Assembly: GCA_035279405.1 (NCBI GenBank)
Contig: DATEHU010000026.1
Location: 386,147 to 450,146, forward strand
Length of the DNA stretch: 64,000 bases
Direction of reading: 5' to 3'
Origin: Gammaproteobacteria bacterium
Lineage (GTDB): Bacteria; Pseudomonadota; Gammaproteobacteria; Natronospirales; REEB76
The translations under genes were made by a program, and so were the position numbers. Below are positions 63,784-64,000 of this stretch, in pieces (the first letter of the stretch is position 1; each line of letters starts with the position of its first letter). Under the pieces are notes generated by a model, which saw only the letters and a list, made by a program, of their open reading frames with translations, did not search any database and was not told the DNA's origin.

Positions 63784-64000
63784 GGCACCACCTGCAATAT
63801 ATCATCGGGTGGACTGTTACGCATGCTTGCCACCAGCTTACGCAGCCGACGATCGGATACGATGCAGCCGTTAGATGAAGTTTTACCTGTATCGTTACGC
63901 TTGGGCCCATGCCAGAAGAAGCCGCTCCGCCCATGCATTTCATTCCCAGAAAACGGTGTGAGCGGCAAGGCATATTGCAATACATGACCTTCATTGGTCA
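63780..64000 (-). CDS. C-terminal end of a larger toxin ORF (open at the window edge) with a Tlde1/DUF2778-like L,D-transpeptidase-fold motif
   Basis: The frame is open to base 64000: ..TNEGHVLQYALPLTPFSGNEMHGRSGFFWHGPKRNDTGKTSSNGCIVSDRRLRKLVASM... The GRSGF-x-HG...S-x-GCI spacing matches the His/Cys catalytic pattern of the YkuD-like Tlde1 effector family as I recall it. Confidence 0.5.
   Translation of the reverse strand, partial: TNEGHVLQYALPLTPFSGNEMHGRSGFFWHGPKRNDTGKTSSNGCIVSDRRLRKLVASMRNSPPDDILQVVP

Noticed and set aside
63698-63994. 98-aa alternative-frame minus ORF overlapping the toxin 3' end and the immunity start
   Set aside because: Cys/Arg-rich nonsense-like translation. The overlapping frame with the GRSGFFWHG...NGCIV motif and the ATGA-coupled immunity gene explains the region better.

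Overview
Visibly GC-rich chromosomal segment. I did not compute a global GC value. The gene order tpiA-secG-tRNA-Leu-nuoA..N-tRNA-fMet-rimP-nusA-infB-rbfA-truB-rpsO-pnp looks like a high-GC gammaproteobacterium (Xanthomonadales-like synteny). That taxonomic call is inference. About 90 percent of the window is tightly packed housekeeping genes: aroA(partial)-hisC-serC-gyrA; mtaD-like/ubiG/HAD phosphatase/rmuC; rluB-scpB-scpA-trpS; yciO/yciB/yciI/bolA; ligA-zipA-smc; queF, cysZ, dksA-gluQ; the nusA-infB-pnp operon; and a complete 14-gene nuo operon. Many long ORFs in the track are antisense shadow ORFs or 5'-over-extended frames. I trimmed starts where homology, SD sequences or stop/start overlaps supported it. 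Two AT-richer accessory insertions stand out. (1) About 32.05-35.4 kb holds a secreted PQQ quinohemoprotein dehydrogenase with an N-terminal cytochrome c domain, a 5'-truncated IS200-type tnpA, and a hairpin-dense non-coding stretch. (2) About 60.15-64.0 kb, running off the window, is the most interesting region: a polymorphic-toxin (teneurin-like YD/RHS) locus. It contains a terminal toxin domain with a Tlde1/L,D-transpeptidase-like His...Cys motif plus a signal-peptide immunity gene. This is followed by an orphan core-tip/glycine-zipper toxin/3-TM immunity cassette, a second toxin-less orphan core tip, a ParE-family TA pair and a frameshifted YD-repeat remnant. Smaller curiosities: a G-rich/C-rich inverted heptad-repeat structure between dksA and gluQ, a Lys/Ala-rich N-terminal extension on DksA, a single in-frame TGA between scpB and rluB, and an initiator tRNA with a U1xU72 mismatch.
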